NCBI RefSeq assembly: GCF_001194135.2 | Contig: NC_068989.1 | Coordinates: 41,429,586 to 41,493,585, forward strand | DNA from: Octopus bimaculoides | Lineage: Eukaryota | DNA length: 64,000 bases | Direction of reading: 5' to 3' | Shown here: piece after piece, positions 13,355-26,900 of the stretch | How the letters are laid out: every line of letters starts with the position of its first letter | Numbering within the stretch: position 1 is the stretch's first letter | Notes under the pieces: generated by a model | What the model saw: only the letters and a program-made list of their open reading frames with translations | Told to the model about the DNA's origin: nothing | Database searches by the model: none | Program-made: the position numbers and the translations under genes

Positions 13355-13567
13355 TGTGGGAATGCTTAAAAGTTCCTGGCATTGAGTAAAAGAAAATATA
13401 AGAAGATCAGTTAATTATGATTTTATTCAACATATTCTCCTCTCAGATTCACACACTTATTGCAGCAGTCCTTCAATTTTTCTAACCCTGTAAAAAAACT
13501 CAGGTTAGGCCTCCAGCCAGGCCTTTAGCAATACACTTAAAGTCAGGAACTTTTTAGCATCCCCTCA
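13355..13567. mobile_element. Tc1/mariner-type MITE (family also at 28177-28392 and 35960-36176)
   Basis: TIR-like ends ggg(a)atgc(t)taaaagttcctggc / gtcaggaactttttagcatcccctca in a TA context; same internal sequence in three copies. Confidence 0.75.
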
Positions 13568-14819
13568 TATATATATAAGGTGTCGTGTAGTAGGACTGAA
13601 CCCGGAACCATGTGGTTGGGAAGCAAGCTTCTTACTACACAGCCACAGTGGCTTAGACAAGGTGACTGGCTGAGTCCTTGATTTTTGCAGGTGCTCCAGG
13701 ACTTGTGAGATTGATGTGGTTCAGATTTACTTTGAACGTGAGGAGGGCTTGCATGAAGTGGTTAGTGAAATTGTCAGGTCAGTGAGGAGGAAGAGGAGGA
13801 GGAGGAGGGGGAGAAGTGGAGGAGGAGGGGGAGAAGTGGAGGTGAAGGAGGGATAAATGTGTTAAGTGGCTGAAGGTGGAGGTGATAATTTACTAATTAG
13901 TCCAAAAGAACAGAAGCTGTTGTAATAGCCAAATGCATAACAATATTATAAATGTTGACCTTGAACATTGTGAATCACAAATGCTTACCTTACTTAGATT
14001 TGCATAATTAAATGTGAGAAAAGATGGTGAACTAGGAAAGTCAGTTAGCATGTAAGACTAAGTGCTTAGTGGTATTTCTCCCAACTCTTCACATTTGAAG
14101 TTGAAAACCGACTGGGGTCAACTTTGCCTTTCATCCAGAGGTGATACTCAGTATGTACATACTGAGTGATTTTTCTGTCAATTATGGGTGAAATGGTGCA
14201 GTGAGAAGGGAAAGAGAAGATGGGTAGATGAGAGCATGTAGAATAGGTGCAACGGATCAGAGAGGAGATGATGGCAAGATGTGTGGGTATAAAATAGGCA
14301 ATAGGCATCATCATCGTTGTCATCATCATCATCATCATCATCATCACCATCATCATCATGTAATGTCCATGGGTTGACAGGATCCAATGGATCCAAAAAC
14401 AACATTGTTTTTCATTGACTGCTTTGGCACGGTTTCTACAGCAAGATGCCCTTCCAAATACCAACCACTTTCTCTAGTGTGCACTGAATGCATTTTTTCA
14501 TGCCACCAGTGTTATTGAAGTTACCATGCACCTCGCAAAGACCTCAAACCCTGAGAGAGGTAGTGGGAGTCAGCTTTATGTCGGTGGATAAGGGGTTAAA
14601 GCAGTGATTCCCAACTTTGGACATATTCCCTCACTGGTGGGACCTGAGAAAATTGTTGTGGGACATGGGATCCCCATTAAAAATTTTTTTTTTTTAGTGT
14701 AACATAGAATTGTGAAAATCTTTTTCCATAGCAAACATACTACACCTATACTCAGCCTAGCCAAGTCAATTTCTCCAGCTAAGCACTATTCTAATGCTCT
14801 AGTGCAGACATTTCTTTAA

Positions 14820-15035
14820 CCCTTTAGTGTTTAAACTGGCCATATCTGGCCCAAATATTGTACATGTTTTATGTTGAAACTGGCCAGATCCAACCTCTCA
14901 CACTTACCCTACGATGTGATTCTAAAAATAAACAGTCACATATTCAAAATCTTGAAGTTACAAGATACTCCATGATTAATTTTTTAAAATGTGAACAAGT
15001 ACTATGTTTGATGAATTAATCTGAATGCTAAAGGG
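14820..15035. mobile_element. piggyBac-type MITE
   Basis: TTAA|ccctttag...ctaaaggg|TTAA (TSD 14816-14819, 15036-15039). Related copies at ~12420-12675, ~25172-25398 and 42522-42741. Confidence 0.85.
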
Positions 15036-16007
15036 TTAAGGAAAGAATATAATTATAAAAAATCAATACTCAGTACTTAATAAAAACAGTTACCGGTAGA
15101 CTTTTTGTATTAAATAATTGTGAAAAAATATTGGTTTCAGATTTTGGCACAAAGCCAACAGTTTTCGAGGATGAGCCAAATTCATTAAATCGACCCCCCC
15201 NNNNNNNNNNNNNNNNNNNNNNNNNNNNNNNNNNNNNNNNNNNNNNNNNNNNNNNNNNNNNNNNNNNNNNNNNNNNNNNNNNNNNNNNNNNNNNNNNNNN
15301 NNNNNNNNNNNNNNNNNNNNNNNNNNNNNNNNNNNNNNNNNNNNNNNNNNNNNNNNNNNNNNNNNNNNNNNNNNNNNNNNNNNNNNNNNNNNNNNNNNNN
15401 NNNNNNNNNNNNNNNNNNNNNNNNNNNNNNNNNNNNNNNNNNNNNNNNNNNNNNNNNNNNNNNNNNNNNNNNNNNNNNNNNNNNNNNNNNNNNNNNNNNN
15501 NNNNNNNNNNNNNNNNNNNNNNNNNNNNNNNNNNNNNNNNNNNNNNNNNNNNNNNNNNNNNNNNNNNNNNNNNNNNNNNNNNNNNNNNNNNNNNNNNNNN
15601 NNNNNNNNNNNNNNNNNNNNNNNNNNNNNNNNNNNNNNNNNNNATATATATATATATATATACTACTACTACTTGTACTCCGTTGGTTACAATGACAAGG
15701 GTTCCAGTTGATCCAATCAACAGAACAGCCTGCTCGTGAAATTAATGGGTATGTGGCTGAGCATTCCACACACATGTGTACCCTTAATATAGTTCTCAGG
15801 GAGATTCAGCATCACACAGAATGTGACAAAGCTGGCCCTTTTAAAATACAAGTACTACTCATTTTTGCCAGCTGAGTGGACTAGAATAATGTGAAAATGT
15901 CTTGCTCAAGGACACAATGCGTTGTTGGGAACTGAACTCACATACCCTAACCACTAAGCCATGCACCTTCACGCACACACATATGTATGTATTCTTTTAT
16001 TCTTTTA

Positions 16008-16293
16008 CTCTTTTACTTGTTTCAGTCATTTGACTGCGGCCATGCTGGAGCACCGCCTTTTAGTCGAATCAAATCGACCCCAGGACTTATTCTTTGTAAG
16101 CCTAGTACTTATTCTATCGGTTCTTTTTACCGAACCGCTAAGTTACGGAGACCTAAGCACACCAGCATCGGTTGTCAAGCGATGTTGGGGGGACAAACAC
16201 AGATACACAACATATACACACATACACATATATATATACATATATACGACGGGCTTCTTTCAGTTTCCGTCTACCAAATCCACTCACAAGGCT
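16008..16293 (-). mobile_element. Abundant SINE (family also at ~26490-26640, ~37250-37420, ~53140-53285, ~56410-56760, ~58470-58620)
   Basis: Recurrent blocks accaaatccactcacaaggcttt and gtcatttgactgcggccatgctggagcac in several copies on both strands. Confidence 0.75.
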
Positions 16294-16478
16294 TNNNNNN
16301 NNNNNNNNNNNNNNNNNNNNNNNNNNNNNNNNNNNNNNNNNNNNNNNNNNNNNNNNNNNNNNNNNNNNNNNNNNNNNNNNNNNNNNNNNNNNNNNNNNNN
16401 NNNNNNNNNNNNNNNNNNNNNNNNNNNNNNNNNNNNNNNNNNNNNNNNNNNNNNNNNNNNNNNNNNNNNNNNNNNNNN

Positions 16479-16513
<35 letters not shown>

Positions 16514-18077
16514 TACATGCATACATATGTATACATGTGTACACAGATGTATATATATCTAAGTGTGTGTGCTTGTTTGTGTTCTTCCTCATATCACCAC
16601 TATTTGACAACTGGTGTTGGTTTATTTGCAACTTAGCAGATCAGTAAGAGAGATCGATAGAATAAGTACCAGGCTTAACAAAATAAGTACTGAGGTCAAT
16701 TCATTTGGCTAAAAAGCCCTGAAGGCTGTGGGCCAGCATGGCCACAGTCCAGTGACTGAAACAAGAACAAAGATAGCAGATTTTTTTATTGTTTCTCTTT
16801 AAAATGACCATTAGTCACCAGTGTTTGCTTCACTAACTTCATGAAGGACAGGCTATGGCTTGATAACTAGCCTGGCTTCTTGTGTCTTGCTTTTTGATTG
16901 GATTAAAGGCTGAGTGACCTCCAGACAGAGTTCTAGCTGTCTGTCTGGTTGTCAGAATGTTAGTCTGCATGAATGTGTGTATGTGTGTGTGCATGTGTGT
17001 GTATGTGTGTGTGTGTTGTGTGTGTGTGTCTGCGTTTGTGTGGTGTGAAAAAGACAGATTATGTTAAGAGGTCAGTAAGTCTGACCCACTTTGTCAATAT
17101 ATTTTGTTAATATAATTAAAAACTACTTCACAGAGATTAGACNNNNNNNNNNNNNNNNNNNNNNNNNNNNNNNNNNNNNNNNNNNNNNNNNNNNNNNNNN
17201 NNNNNNNNNNNNNNNNNNNNNNNNNNNNNNNNNNNNNNNNNNNNNNNNNNNNNNNNNNNNNNNNNNNNNNNNNNNNNNNNNNNNNNNNNNNNNNNNNNNN
17301 NNNNNNNNNNNNNNNNNNNNNNNNNNNNNNNNNNNNNNNNNNNNNNNNNNNNNNNNNNNNNNNNNNNNNNNNNNNNNNNNNNNNNNNNNNNNNNNNNNNN
17401 NNNNNNNNNNNNNNNNNNNNNNNNNNNNNNNNNNNNNNNNNNNNNNNNNNNNNNNNNNNNNNNNNNNNNNNNNNNNNNNNNNNNNNNNNNNNNNNNNNNN
17501 NNNNNNNNNNNNNNNNNNNNNNNNNNNNNNNNNNNNNNNNNNNNNNNNNNNNNNNNNNNNNNNNNNNNNNNNNNNNNNNNNNNNNNNNNNNNNNNNNNNN
17601 NNNNNNNNNNNNNNNNNNNNNNNNNNNNNNNNNNNNNNNNNNNNNNNNNNNNNNNNNNNNNNNNNNNNNNNNNNNNNNNNNNNNNNNNNNNNNNNNNNNN
17701 NNNNNNNNNNNNNNNNNNNNNNNNNNNNNNNNNNNNNNNNNNNNNNNNNNNNNNNNNNNNTTTCTCTATTTCTTCTTCTTCCTTGCAGATTAGACCACAA
17801 CCATTACCTCCTCCTCCTCTCCCTAACCCCTTCTCTTCTACCTCCACATTTTCTACCTCTTCTTTCTCCTCTTCTGCCTCCCCCTCTTCCTCCCCCCTTC
17901 CTCCCCATCTTCCTCCTCCTCTTCATCGTAATCCTCCTCCTCCTCCTCCCTCTCTTTCTCTACTTCCTCTTATTCCTCCTCTTCTTGCTCTACTTCCTCC
18001 TTTTCCCTTTCCTCTTCCTCCTTCCCCCTTTCCCTACTTCTTCCTCTTCCTCCTCCACTTTTTCTACTAGTCTGGGG

Positions 18078-18600
18078 GGGATTAGGTAGCCAGATGTTAA
18101 GGGTGATGTGGTCGCAGAAATTATCTAACAGCCATGACTGAGTTCTCCTGCTTGTGTGGTATGGTGTAGAGTCCTGTTGCCAGACATCAAGTCTTCCAGC
18201 AGCCACCCTCTTGACCCAGGGCAGTACTTCTCTAGGCACTTGATGTAGGCCTCTGTGTTGAATCTGAGACCATGTGGGAAGATAAATGAAGGCATAATGT
18301 CGCCATCACAAGTAGTCACTCCCAAACACCATGATGTTGACTGTATGTTTGATTTTTATTACTTTCGGTAAATGTCCTCAGATTGACACCCAGGCGTTCT
18401 GAAATGTTCATATTGGAGCTTCCGGCATGAATGCCAAGCAGCACAGCATATTGTTTCCAAATTTCTGTCAGAGTGAATTATGTCGTGGAGTTGTTTTTCT
18501 CTCAGATGGTACCTAATTGACCCTACTATATTGTGTAGCTGAAAAAATCAAAAACAAACAATGCACAAGCACAAAATTAAAAATATAAAATAGCGACAGT
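18078..18600 (-). pseudogene. Tc1/mariner-superfamily (maT/DD37D-like) transposase relic
   Basis: GDIMPSFIFPHGLRFNTEAYIKCLE and VWQQDSTPYHTSRRTQSWLLDNFCDHITLNIWLPN (QQD..P.H second catalytic Asp motif), frameshifted and truncated. Confidence 0.8.
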
Positions 18601-19740
18601 TTACCCATCACACCACGTCTGGCTGTACAGCCTTTTTGCTTGTTCGTTTATTCACCGTTTCATTTTCCTGTCTTGTTTTCCGTCCGCCACTACCCTCCAC
18701 GAAAATAATTTAATTTGTGTTCGTGGGAAGAACCATTTCAACGATGCGTACTGCCCTAATTCTTCGAAACGCTGGTGTTTTAATGGTGGCAGCTGATGAA
18801 GGAGATATTTCTATGTGGCTTGCTTGTTTGTTGTACTTTGTTTATCGTTTTGTCCATGTTCTTTTGCCACGTCATGTACCCAGTTATGTATCTATATGTA
18901 CATGTAGATGNNNNNNNNNNNNNNNNNNNNNNNNNNNNNNNNNNNNNNNNNNNNNNNNNNNNNNNNNNNNNNNNNNNNNNNNNNNNNNNNNNNNNNNNNN
19001 NNNNNNNNNNNNNNNNNNNNNNNNNNNNNNNNNNNNNNNNNNNNNNNNNNNNNNNNNNNNNNNNNNNNNNNNNNNNNNNNNNNNNNNNNNNNNNNNNNNN
19101 NNNNNNNNNNNNNNNNNNNNNNNNNNNNNNNNNNNNNNNNNNNNNNNNNNNNNNNNNNNNNNNNNNNNNNNNNNNNNNNNATATATATATATATATATAT
19201 ACATATATACAAATATATATGTATACACACACATGTTTGATCTGGTGCCATGTAAAAAGCACTTGTGCTGGTGTCACATAAAAAGCACCTAGCACACTCT
19301 GTAAAGTGGTTGGTGTTAAGAAGGGCATCCAACCATAGAAACCATGCTAAAACAAACAAATGGAGCCTGGTGCAGCTCACTGATTTGCCAGTTTCTATCA
19401 GACTATCCAACCCATGCCAGCAAGGAAAACCGATGTTAAATGATGATGATGATAATGATGATATATGTATGTAAATCTGCGCATACTGATTTCAGAATAG
19501 ATACATCATGTCTCTGTATGTTGTGAAAGTCACTAAAAGAGTTGGTGTCAAGAAGAACATGCAGCTGTAAAGAATTGCATAAAAAAAAGTCCCAGCCACC
19601 CCATGCCAGCATGGAAAAGCAAACATAAAAGCGATGATGATGATCATCATCCACATCATTGTTTAACGTCCGCCTTCCATGCTAGCATGGGTTGCATGGT
19701 TCATGAGTACATATATATATGTGTATTTATGTGAGTGTAT

Positions 19741-19775
<35 letters not shown>

Positions 19776-21156
19776 TGAGTGTTTGTAAGGCATTTCACTG
19801 CTTGATTTTATTCATTGATTCTTTGTAACCTGTGTTTTTGATCCATTTCCCTACTTTGTGGAGGGCTGTGGCTTAGCGGTTAGGGTGTTGGACTCATGAT
19901 CAGAAGATTGTGGTTTCAATTCCTGCACTGAGTGACATGTGTTCTTGATCAAAACACTTCATTTCACGTTGCTCCAGTTCACTCAGCTGGCAAAAATGAT
20001 TACTCCTGTGATGGACTTGACAGACCAGCATCCCATCCAGGTGGGGAATTTATATGCCGCAGAAACCAGGAAACCCACCCTTATGAGTCAGCATGACTCA
20101 AAAAAGGTAACCTTACTTAGAAAGTACTTCCCTGCATTTCATTACTCTTCAGTTAATTTTTAGTCTTCGTTACCATCATCATCATCATCATCATCATCAT
20201 CACCACCACCACCACCAGCCTCACAACCTCTCTGCTTCCACCATCGTTGGCTTCCCTGACACTGTTACCACCTCCTACTGGCTTTCATGACTGGATTCCT
20301 CGACCAAATCTCAATGAAATTGCAGCAATTGCTGAACATCAGCGCCGTGTCAGTGAACAATTTGGTAGGGAAGACACGAATGTTGACACAGAACAACACA
20401 TGTGATGTTGTGGCAATGATTATGGCAGTGACTGGTAGGATGAAGAAGAGAGATCGAATCCCCTACTGACATCACTTGCTCCATTGCTTCCGGTCCTGAC
20501 ACGTAACCATCAGTCCTCCACTGGTTACAAAAGGGTTAACATTCTCCTCATCATCGTAATCAGCCGTCTGTTGTTTTCACTGCTGTCTTCAACACCATCA
20601 TCACCATCATCACCATTGTCAGCATCATCGTTGTTACCCACCCACCTGCCCACACCACTACTATAGCAATCACCTCCAACNNNNNNNNNNNNNNNNNNNN
20701 NNNNNNNNNNNNNNNNNNNNNNNNNNNNNNNNNNNNNNNNNNNNNNNNNNNNNNNNNNNNNNNNNNNNNNNNNNNNNNNNNNNNNNNNNNNNNNNNNNNN
20801 NNNNNNNNNNNNNNNNNNNNNNNNNNNNNNNNNNNNNNNNNNNNNNNNNNNNNNNNNNNNNNNNNNNNNNNNNNNNNNNNNNNNNNNNNNNNNNNNNNNN
20901 NNNNNNNNNNNNNNNNNNNNNNNNNNNNNNNNNNNNNNNNNNNNNNNNNNNNNNNNNNNNNNNNNNNNNNNNNNNNNNNNNNNNNNNNNNNNNNNNNNNN
21001 NNNNNNNNNNNNNNNNNNNNNNNNNNNNNNNNNNNNNNNNNNNNNNNNNNNNNNNNNNNNNNNNNNNNNNNNNNNNNNNNNNNNNNNNNNNNNNNNNNNN
21101 NNNNNNNNNNNNNNNNNNNNNNNNNNNNNNNNNNNNNNNNNNNNNNNNNNNNNNNN

Positions 21157-21195
<39 letters not shown>

Positions 21196-21398
21196 CACAC
21201 ACAAGCACACACATGTGTGTGTGTGTGTGTGTGTATACAAACACACATATGTATGTATGTACACAAATATATGTGTATTTATATATTTGTGCGTGTGTGT
21301 ATGTGTGTGTGTGTGTGTGTATACACAAACACGCACACACGTGCGCACAATCTACACCGTCGTCTTGATAATAGATGATAGATAAAATTCAAGCTAAC

Positions 21399-21666
21399 TG
21401 TTGTGTGAAAGTAGAACACCCCTATTTGGTTGGCTCCTAATGGACTGTGCCACAATATAAATGGACATGCGCAGAGAGTGTGGGGAGAGAGTCGGTGAGC
21501 TGTGTAAAGCCGAGAGTTGCATATTGTTGAGTGCAATTACAAGTATTGTGTATCTTGAGTAAAACGATTTGCAAGGATATTATTTATTATCCCGTCACAT
21601 CATATGTCGAACATACGATACAACAGTGATGACAAGGATTCAAACAATATCATCACTGATACAACA
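21399..21666 (+). mobile_element. 5' LTR of a Ty3/gypsy element, followed by PBS
   Basis: tgttgt...acaaca termini, internal tataaat, PBS tggcgtcgagg at 21668-21678. Confidence 0.7.
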
Positions 21667-22338
21667 GTGGCGTCGAGGTTTCAGTGTGGACAGTTTCTAC
21701 TNNNNNNNNNNNNNNNNNNNNNNNNNNNNNNNNNNNNNNNNNNNNNNNNNNNNNNNNNNNNNNNNNNNNNNNNNNNNNNNNNNNNNNNNNNNNNNNNNNN
21801 NNNNNNNNNNNNNNNNNNNNNNNNNNNNNNNNNNNNNNNNNNNNNNNNNNNNNNNNNNNNNNNNNNNNNNNNNNNNNNNNNNNNNNNNNNNNNNNNNNNN
21901 NNNNNNNNNNNNNNNNNNNNNNNNNNNNNNNNNNNNNNNNNNNNNNNNNNNNNNNNNNNNNNNNNNNNNNNNNNNNNNNNNNNNNNNNNNNNNNNNNNNN
22001 NNNNNNNNNNNNNNNNNNNNNNNNNNNNNNNNNNNNNNNNNNNNNNNNNNNNNNNNNNNNNNNNNNNNNNNNNNNNNNNNNNNNNNNNNNNNNNNNNNNN
22101 NNNNNNNNNNNNNNNNNNNNNNNNNNNNNNNNNNNNNNNNNNNNNNNNNNNNNNNNNNNNNNNNNNNNNNNNNNNNNNNNNNNNNNNNNNNNNNNNNNNN
22201 NNNNNNNNNNNNNNNNNNNNNNNNNNNNNNNNNNNNNNNNNNNNNNNNNNNNNNNNNNNNNNNNNNNNNNNNNNNNNNNNNNNNNNNNNNNNNNNNNNNN
22301 NNNNNNNNNNNNNNNNNATATATATATATATATATATA

Positions 22339-24601
22339 AGGAAAACAACAGAGTATGTGTGGACTTCTCAACAGGTCTTAATGATTGTTAAAAAAAATTT
22401 CAATTACCTGCTTCCAAGGCCAGAAGAAATATTTGCTAAGAGCAATGGTGGGAAAATTTTTTCCAAACTGGATTTGTCAGAGGCCTACCTCCAATTACTG
22501 GTAGATGAGGAATGTGTTAAAGTATTAACAATTAATACTCATAAAGGTCTGTACCATTTCAAAAGACTGCCATTTGGGGTTAAGGTCACACTAGCAATAT
22601 TTCAGCAAGTGATGGACACTACGCTACCAGGCTGTGAGTTTGCAGTCCCATTCTTGGATGACATATTGATCAAAAGTGAATCGTGAGACCAGCATATTGA
22701 ACGTATAAAAAATGTTTTTAAAAGAATAAGTGACTATGGATTTAAAGTAAGTGAAAATAAATGGGATTTTTTTTAACAAAAATAAAGTACTTGGGACAGG
22801 TGATCAATGAGAACAGACAAAAATTGGACCCTTCTAGGGTTGACACAATAAAAAATATGCCTGCTCTCACTAAGAAAACAACATCACAAGCATTTTTAGG
22901 TGTAGTAAGTTATTACCAGCTGTACATACCTAAAATGTATGAGCTAAGAGCTCCGTTGAATAATTTGCTAAAGAAGGACTCGAAATGGGACTGGACAAAG
23001 GAATGTCAGAAAGCATTCGAGGAATTAAAAAAGAGGTTAACATCAGAGTTATCATTAACTCATTTCGACCCAAACCTGAAAATAATTGTGTCATTGGATG
23101 CCAGTGAATATGGTATAGGAGCTGTGATATTGCGTAAATTTAATGATGGTAAAATCAAAGCTGTTGCACATGCATCAAGAGTCCTCCTAGTAACAGGAAA
23201 AAACTACAGCCAGATCTAAAAGGAGACATTATCATTATTTTTTGCAGTAAAGAAATTCCATAAATTTTTACACAGTAGGAAGCTTACACTGCAGACTGAT
23301 CACCAACCGTTACTGTCTATTCTCACTTCAAAAAAGGGTATCCCCACACATTCAGTAAACCATTTACAGTGCTGGGGACTACCCTGTTGAACTATGATTT
23401 TCAGATGGAGTTTTTGCCATCAAAGGATATGAGACATGCAGACAGGTTGTCTTGGCTAATTCTAATTCCAAAATATAAGGAACCTTTTGAAAACATGGTG
23501 ATTGCATCGTTAAAACTAGAAATGGAACTGAAGAACATTTTGTGCAATGTAGTACGTAATTTGCTGGTAACACTAGAAGAAATTAAATTAAAATTGGAAA
23601 AAGATATGTTCATAAACAAGATTTTTAAAATGTTGTTGGAAAGTAAGACGAAAGATAATATAAATGAGCAGAACGCAAGTTCAAGATATTATTCAGTATG
23701 TGATGATGTAGTATCATATGCACAAAGGGAGGTAATACCTGAAGCACTGCAAAAGAGAATATTGAAAGACTTCCATGTAGGACATCCGGGGATTGCCCAG
23801 ATGAAAAGCCTCATGAGGAGTTGCGTGCATTGGCTGAATATGGACAAACAAATTGAGAGACTGGTAAAACAATGTAGGGGATGCGCTATGGCAGGAAAGG
23901 CACCCCCATTGCAGATACAACCGTGGCAAAAACGGATTCAGCATGGTCTAGACAGCATTTGGATTTTGCAGGACCAATAAATGACTCTTATCATATCATC
24001 GTGGTGGATAGCTGTCTAAAATGGCCTGAAGTGTGTAATTGTTCAAGGCCAACCACAAATGTGACTATTGACTTCTTGGAAAAATTGTTACAATCGTGTC
24101 AGATAATGGCACACAATTCACAATGAAGGAGTTTGAAAAATTCTGTAAGTCAGTCTAGATGAAGCATGTGTTAACCATCCAAAGTCAAATGGATTAGTGG
24201 AAAGATTCGTCAACACATTCAAGAGAGCCTTAAGAGAGACCAGAAGGGAAGCTTTTAAAGATAGAAATATGACAAAGTTCTTACAGGTGTACCGAATAAC
24301 ACTGAATCCAAATACAGAGTCGGGTAGGTCACCTGCAGATTTGAAGTTCTCCAGAAAGATTTGTTCTGTGTTTGACAAATTGCTGCCAAGTAGGAAAGGG
24401 AAAATTCAAAATTCGGGAAGTAGAATGAAATTTTTTAACACAGGTGATGAAGTGTATTTTAAAATGTATAAAAATGGAAAACAGGACTGGGAACAAGGTA
24501 ATATAACTGGACGTCTAGGTAATGTGATGTACGTGATAAAAGGACCAAAATATGAACATAAAAGGCATTTTAACCAATTAGAGACAAGCGAGAATCCTTA
24601 G
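22339..24601 (+). pseudogene. Ty3/gypsy (Mag/K02A2.6-like) pol: RT, RNase H, integrase; disrupted
   Basis: RVCVDFSTGLND, FSKLDLSEAYLQ, LPFG, FLDD (RT); DASEYGIGAV (RNase H); HVGHPGIAQMKSLMRSCVHW...C..C (integrase HHCC); NGLVERF-type core. RT-RH-INT order; many stops and frameshifts. Confidence 0.93.
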
Positions 24602-24618
24602 ATTCAGTTTCGAATCTA

Positions 24619-24641
24619 AGGTTGGAGAAAGGAAGTGTTGT
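24619..24641 (+). other. Polypurine tract followed by only the first 6 nt of the 3' LTR
   Basis: aggttggagaaaggaag|tgttgt; tgttgt matches the start of the 5' LTR, then similarity stops. Confidence 0.6.
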
Positions 24642-25556
24642 TTTTACACACACCAAACAATTTTAAACTCATTTTTCTCATACTACATGAAATATTTCAT
24701 TAATTATAATATACTTAATTGTATCCTACATTCATTAATTTCATGTTTCAGTAACAATGTCACTATGTATGAAACTTACAACTACTGATGTAGGTATGAC
24801 AAGAAAGAGATGAAACTCCATGGGATTGTCCAGTGTCAAGAGGTTATGATGGCAGAGTTTGTTTTGGTTCTTCAGATATCAGAGGCCACCAACACATCAC
24901 AGGTGATTAAGCAGACATTTCAAAAACACAGGAAGTTGGTAAAATAAAGTAATGACTACAGAAAGTTCTTTCAAGGTTATGTGATTGATGAAAAAAAGAA
25001 AGATATTTGACTTTTATCACACAAGTGAGCTAAAGACTTAAAAAACGTTGTTGAAAAGGTGCCAATTTTGAAAAATGTACTCAGTGGAAGTGGTCACTCC
25101 CCTTGTTTTGCTATTAACTATGCCACTGATGCAGTGAGGAGTAAGACATGGAGATTCTTAACATGGACTTAATCCTTTAACATTAGGATTATTCAGTCAA
25201 ATGTATTGCTTATTTACTTACATTGTTTTGAATTAATCATGCATTATCTTATAGCTTCAAGATTTCAATGCTGTGATTGTTCATTTTTAAGAAATGACAT
25301 TGTAGGATAGGTGTCAGAGGCTACATCTAGCCAGTTTGAACTTAAAACAGGTAGAATATTTTGGCTGGATATGGCTTGTTTAAATACTAAAGAATTAATG
25401 CTAACTTATAGAGAGGATTACAACTACATATTAAAGTACAGTACTCTTTCAACTTAGATGTGTTTAAAAAAGTAAATAAAAATGAAAGGGGGGAAATAAC
25501 AAGGGGGGGGGGTAAATAAGTCAACTATTAAACAGCATAGAGCTGGGCTATAGCCA

Positions 25557-25760
25557 CTAAAAAGTGAAGGAAAGTCTTTTCTTTGAAACAGAATTTCTCC
25601 ATATGAATTTGTGTAAATATGACACAAATAAATTGTCCAACGTTCCAAATTGTCGCCATAATTTTCTTTTCACCCGCATCCACATATTCTCTATATCTTG
25701 CGTGTGGATGTCCCCATTTGTGGGATCCACTAAGTTCTCATGGTGCACAATCCCTTTGTG
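25557..25760 (-). pseudogene. Merlin / ISXO2-like DDE transposase C-terminal fragment
   Basis: HENLVDPTNGDIHTQDIENMWMRVKRKL..QFGT....SYLHKFIWR matches the FVDP.TG.HTQ.IE..W...K...YL.EF.WR pattern. Confidence 0.8.
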
Positions 25761-26900
25761 AGTGTAGATGCCGCCATTTAGGCTTCATTTTTATTTACTT
25801 TCTTAAACACCCTAAACTGAAAGATTACCGAAAGTACAATGAATGCAAAAGCAATAGAGATGGTAGAGATGGTAGTGAGGTTGAGGTGATAGAACCTGTA
25901 ACAGGGAGTCAAACGACTGTTGGTTGAGTTGGAGGATGTAAAGGGCTATAAGAATGAAGAAAGAAGGGAGATGCAGATGGATAGGAGGAGATGCAACTAA
26001 CCAATGTCATGGTCTAATTTCAGAGAGCTGAGAATAAATTAAGTGGATAGTGTAACACATGAAAAAGACATGAATAAATGACAAGACTCGATGGAAGGGA
26101 GTAGAGAAGTTTGTGGAACTGAAACAGAGGTGGGAACTACAAGGGGTGAGATTGTGCTTAAATCAGTGCTCCAGGTGTGATATGCAGAGCTGTGGTGGAA
26201 CCCAGAAAGAAAGTGGAGTTTAGAAATAGCTTGCGGTTGTAATACAAGTTACAGATAAAAGGTTTATAGTCATGTAGATAAAGAAGACTATAGAATGTAT
26301 AAGAAATACAATATCTGAAGGACCAGAGTTTGGATTTGAATATACATGGTAACCCAAGAGGCTAAAACGCACACACACACACACACACACATTCTGTGTG
26401 TGTGTGTGTGTGTGCAAGCAATGAAAATGGTGGTAGTGGTGGGAGGAAGGAAATATGAGGTTCATGTACGATGGTAGAAAACAAAGTTATAGGCTTCTTT
26501 CAGTTTCCATCTGTCAAATCCACTCTCAAGGCTTTGGTTGGCCTGTGACTATAGTAGTAGAAGATACTTGACCAAGGCTCTGTGGAGGACTGAGCCTGAA
26601 ACCCTATAGCTTGGAAGCAAACATTTAAACCACTCAGCCATCTGTGAATGCAGACATTACCTATGTCTGCATACGCAGATATATTACACACACACATATG
26701 CACACACACACACACATACGTGCACATACACACACTCTCTTTCACACACACACACACATACATACATGCACATATACATACACACTTACATATATGCACA
26801 TGCACACATATACATGCCCACATTTGTACATATATACAAATACATATTTAGATAGTATATATTTATCTGTATTATATCTATACTTTCCTCTTCTTTGCAG

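Noticed and set aside
18793-18830. ctgatgaaggag hammerhead-like start
   Set aside because: No closing stem II or GAAA downstream.
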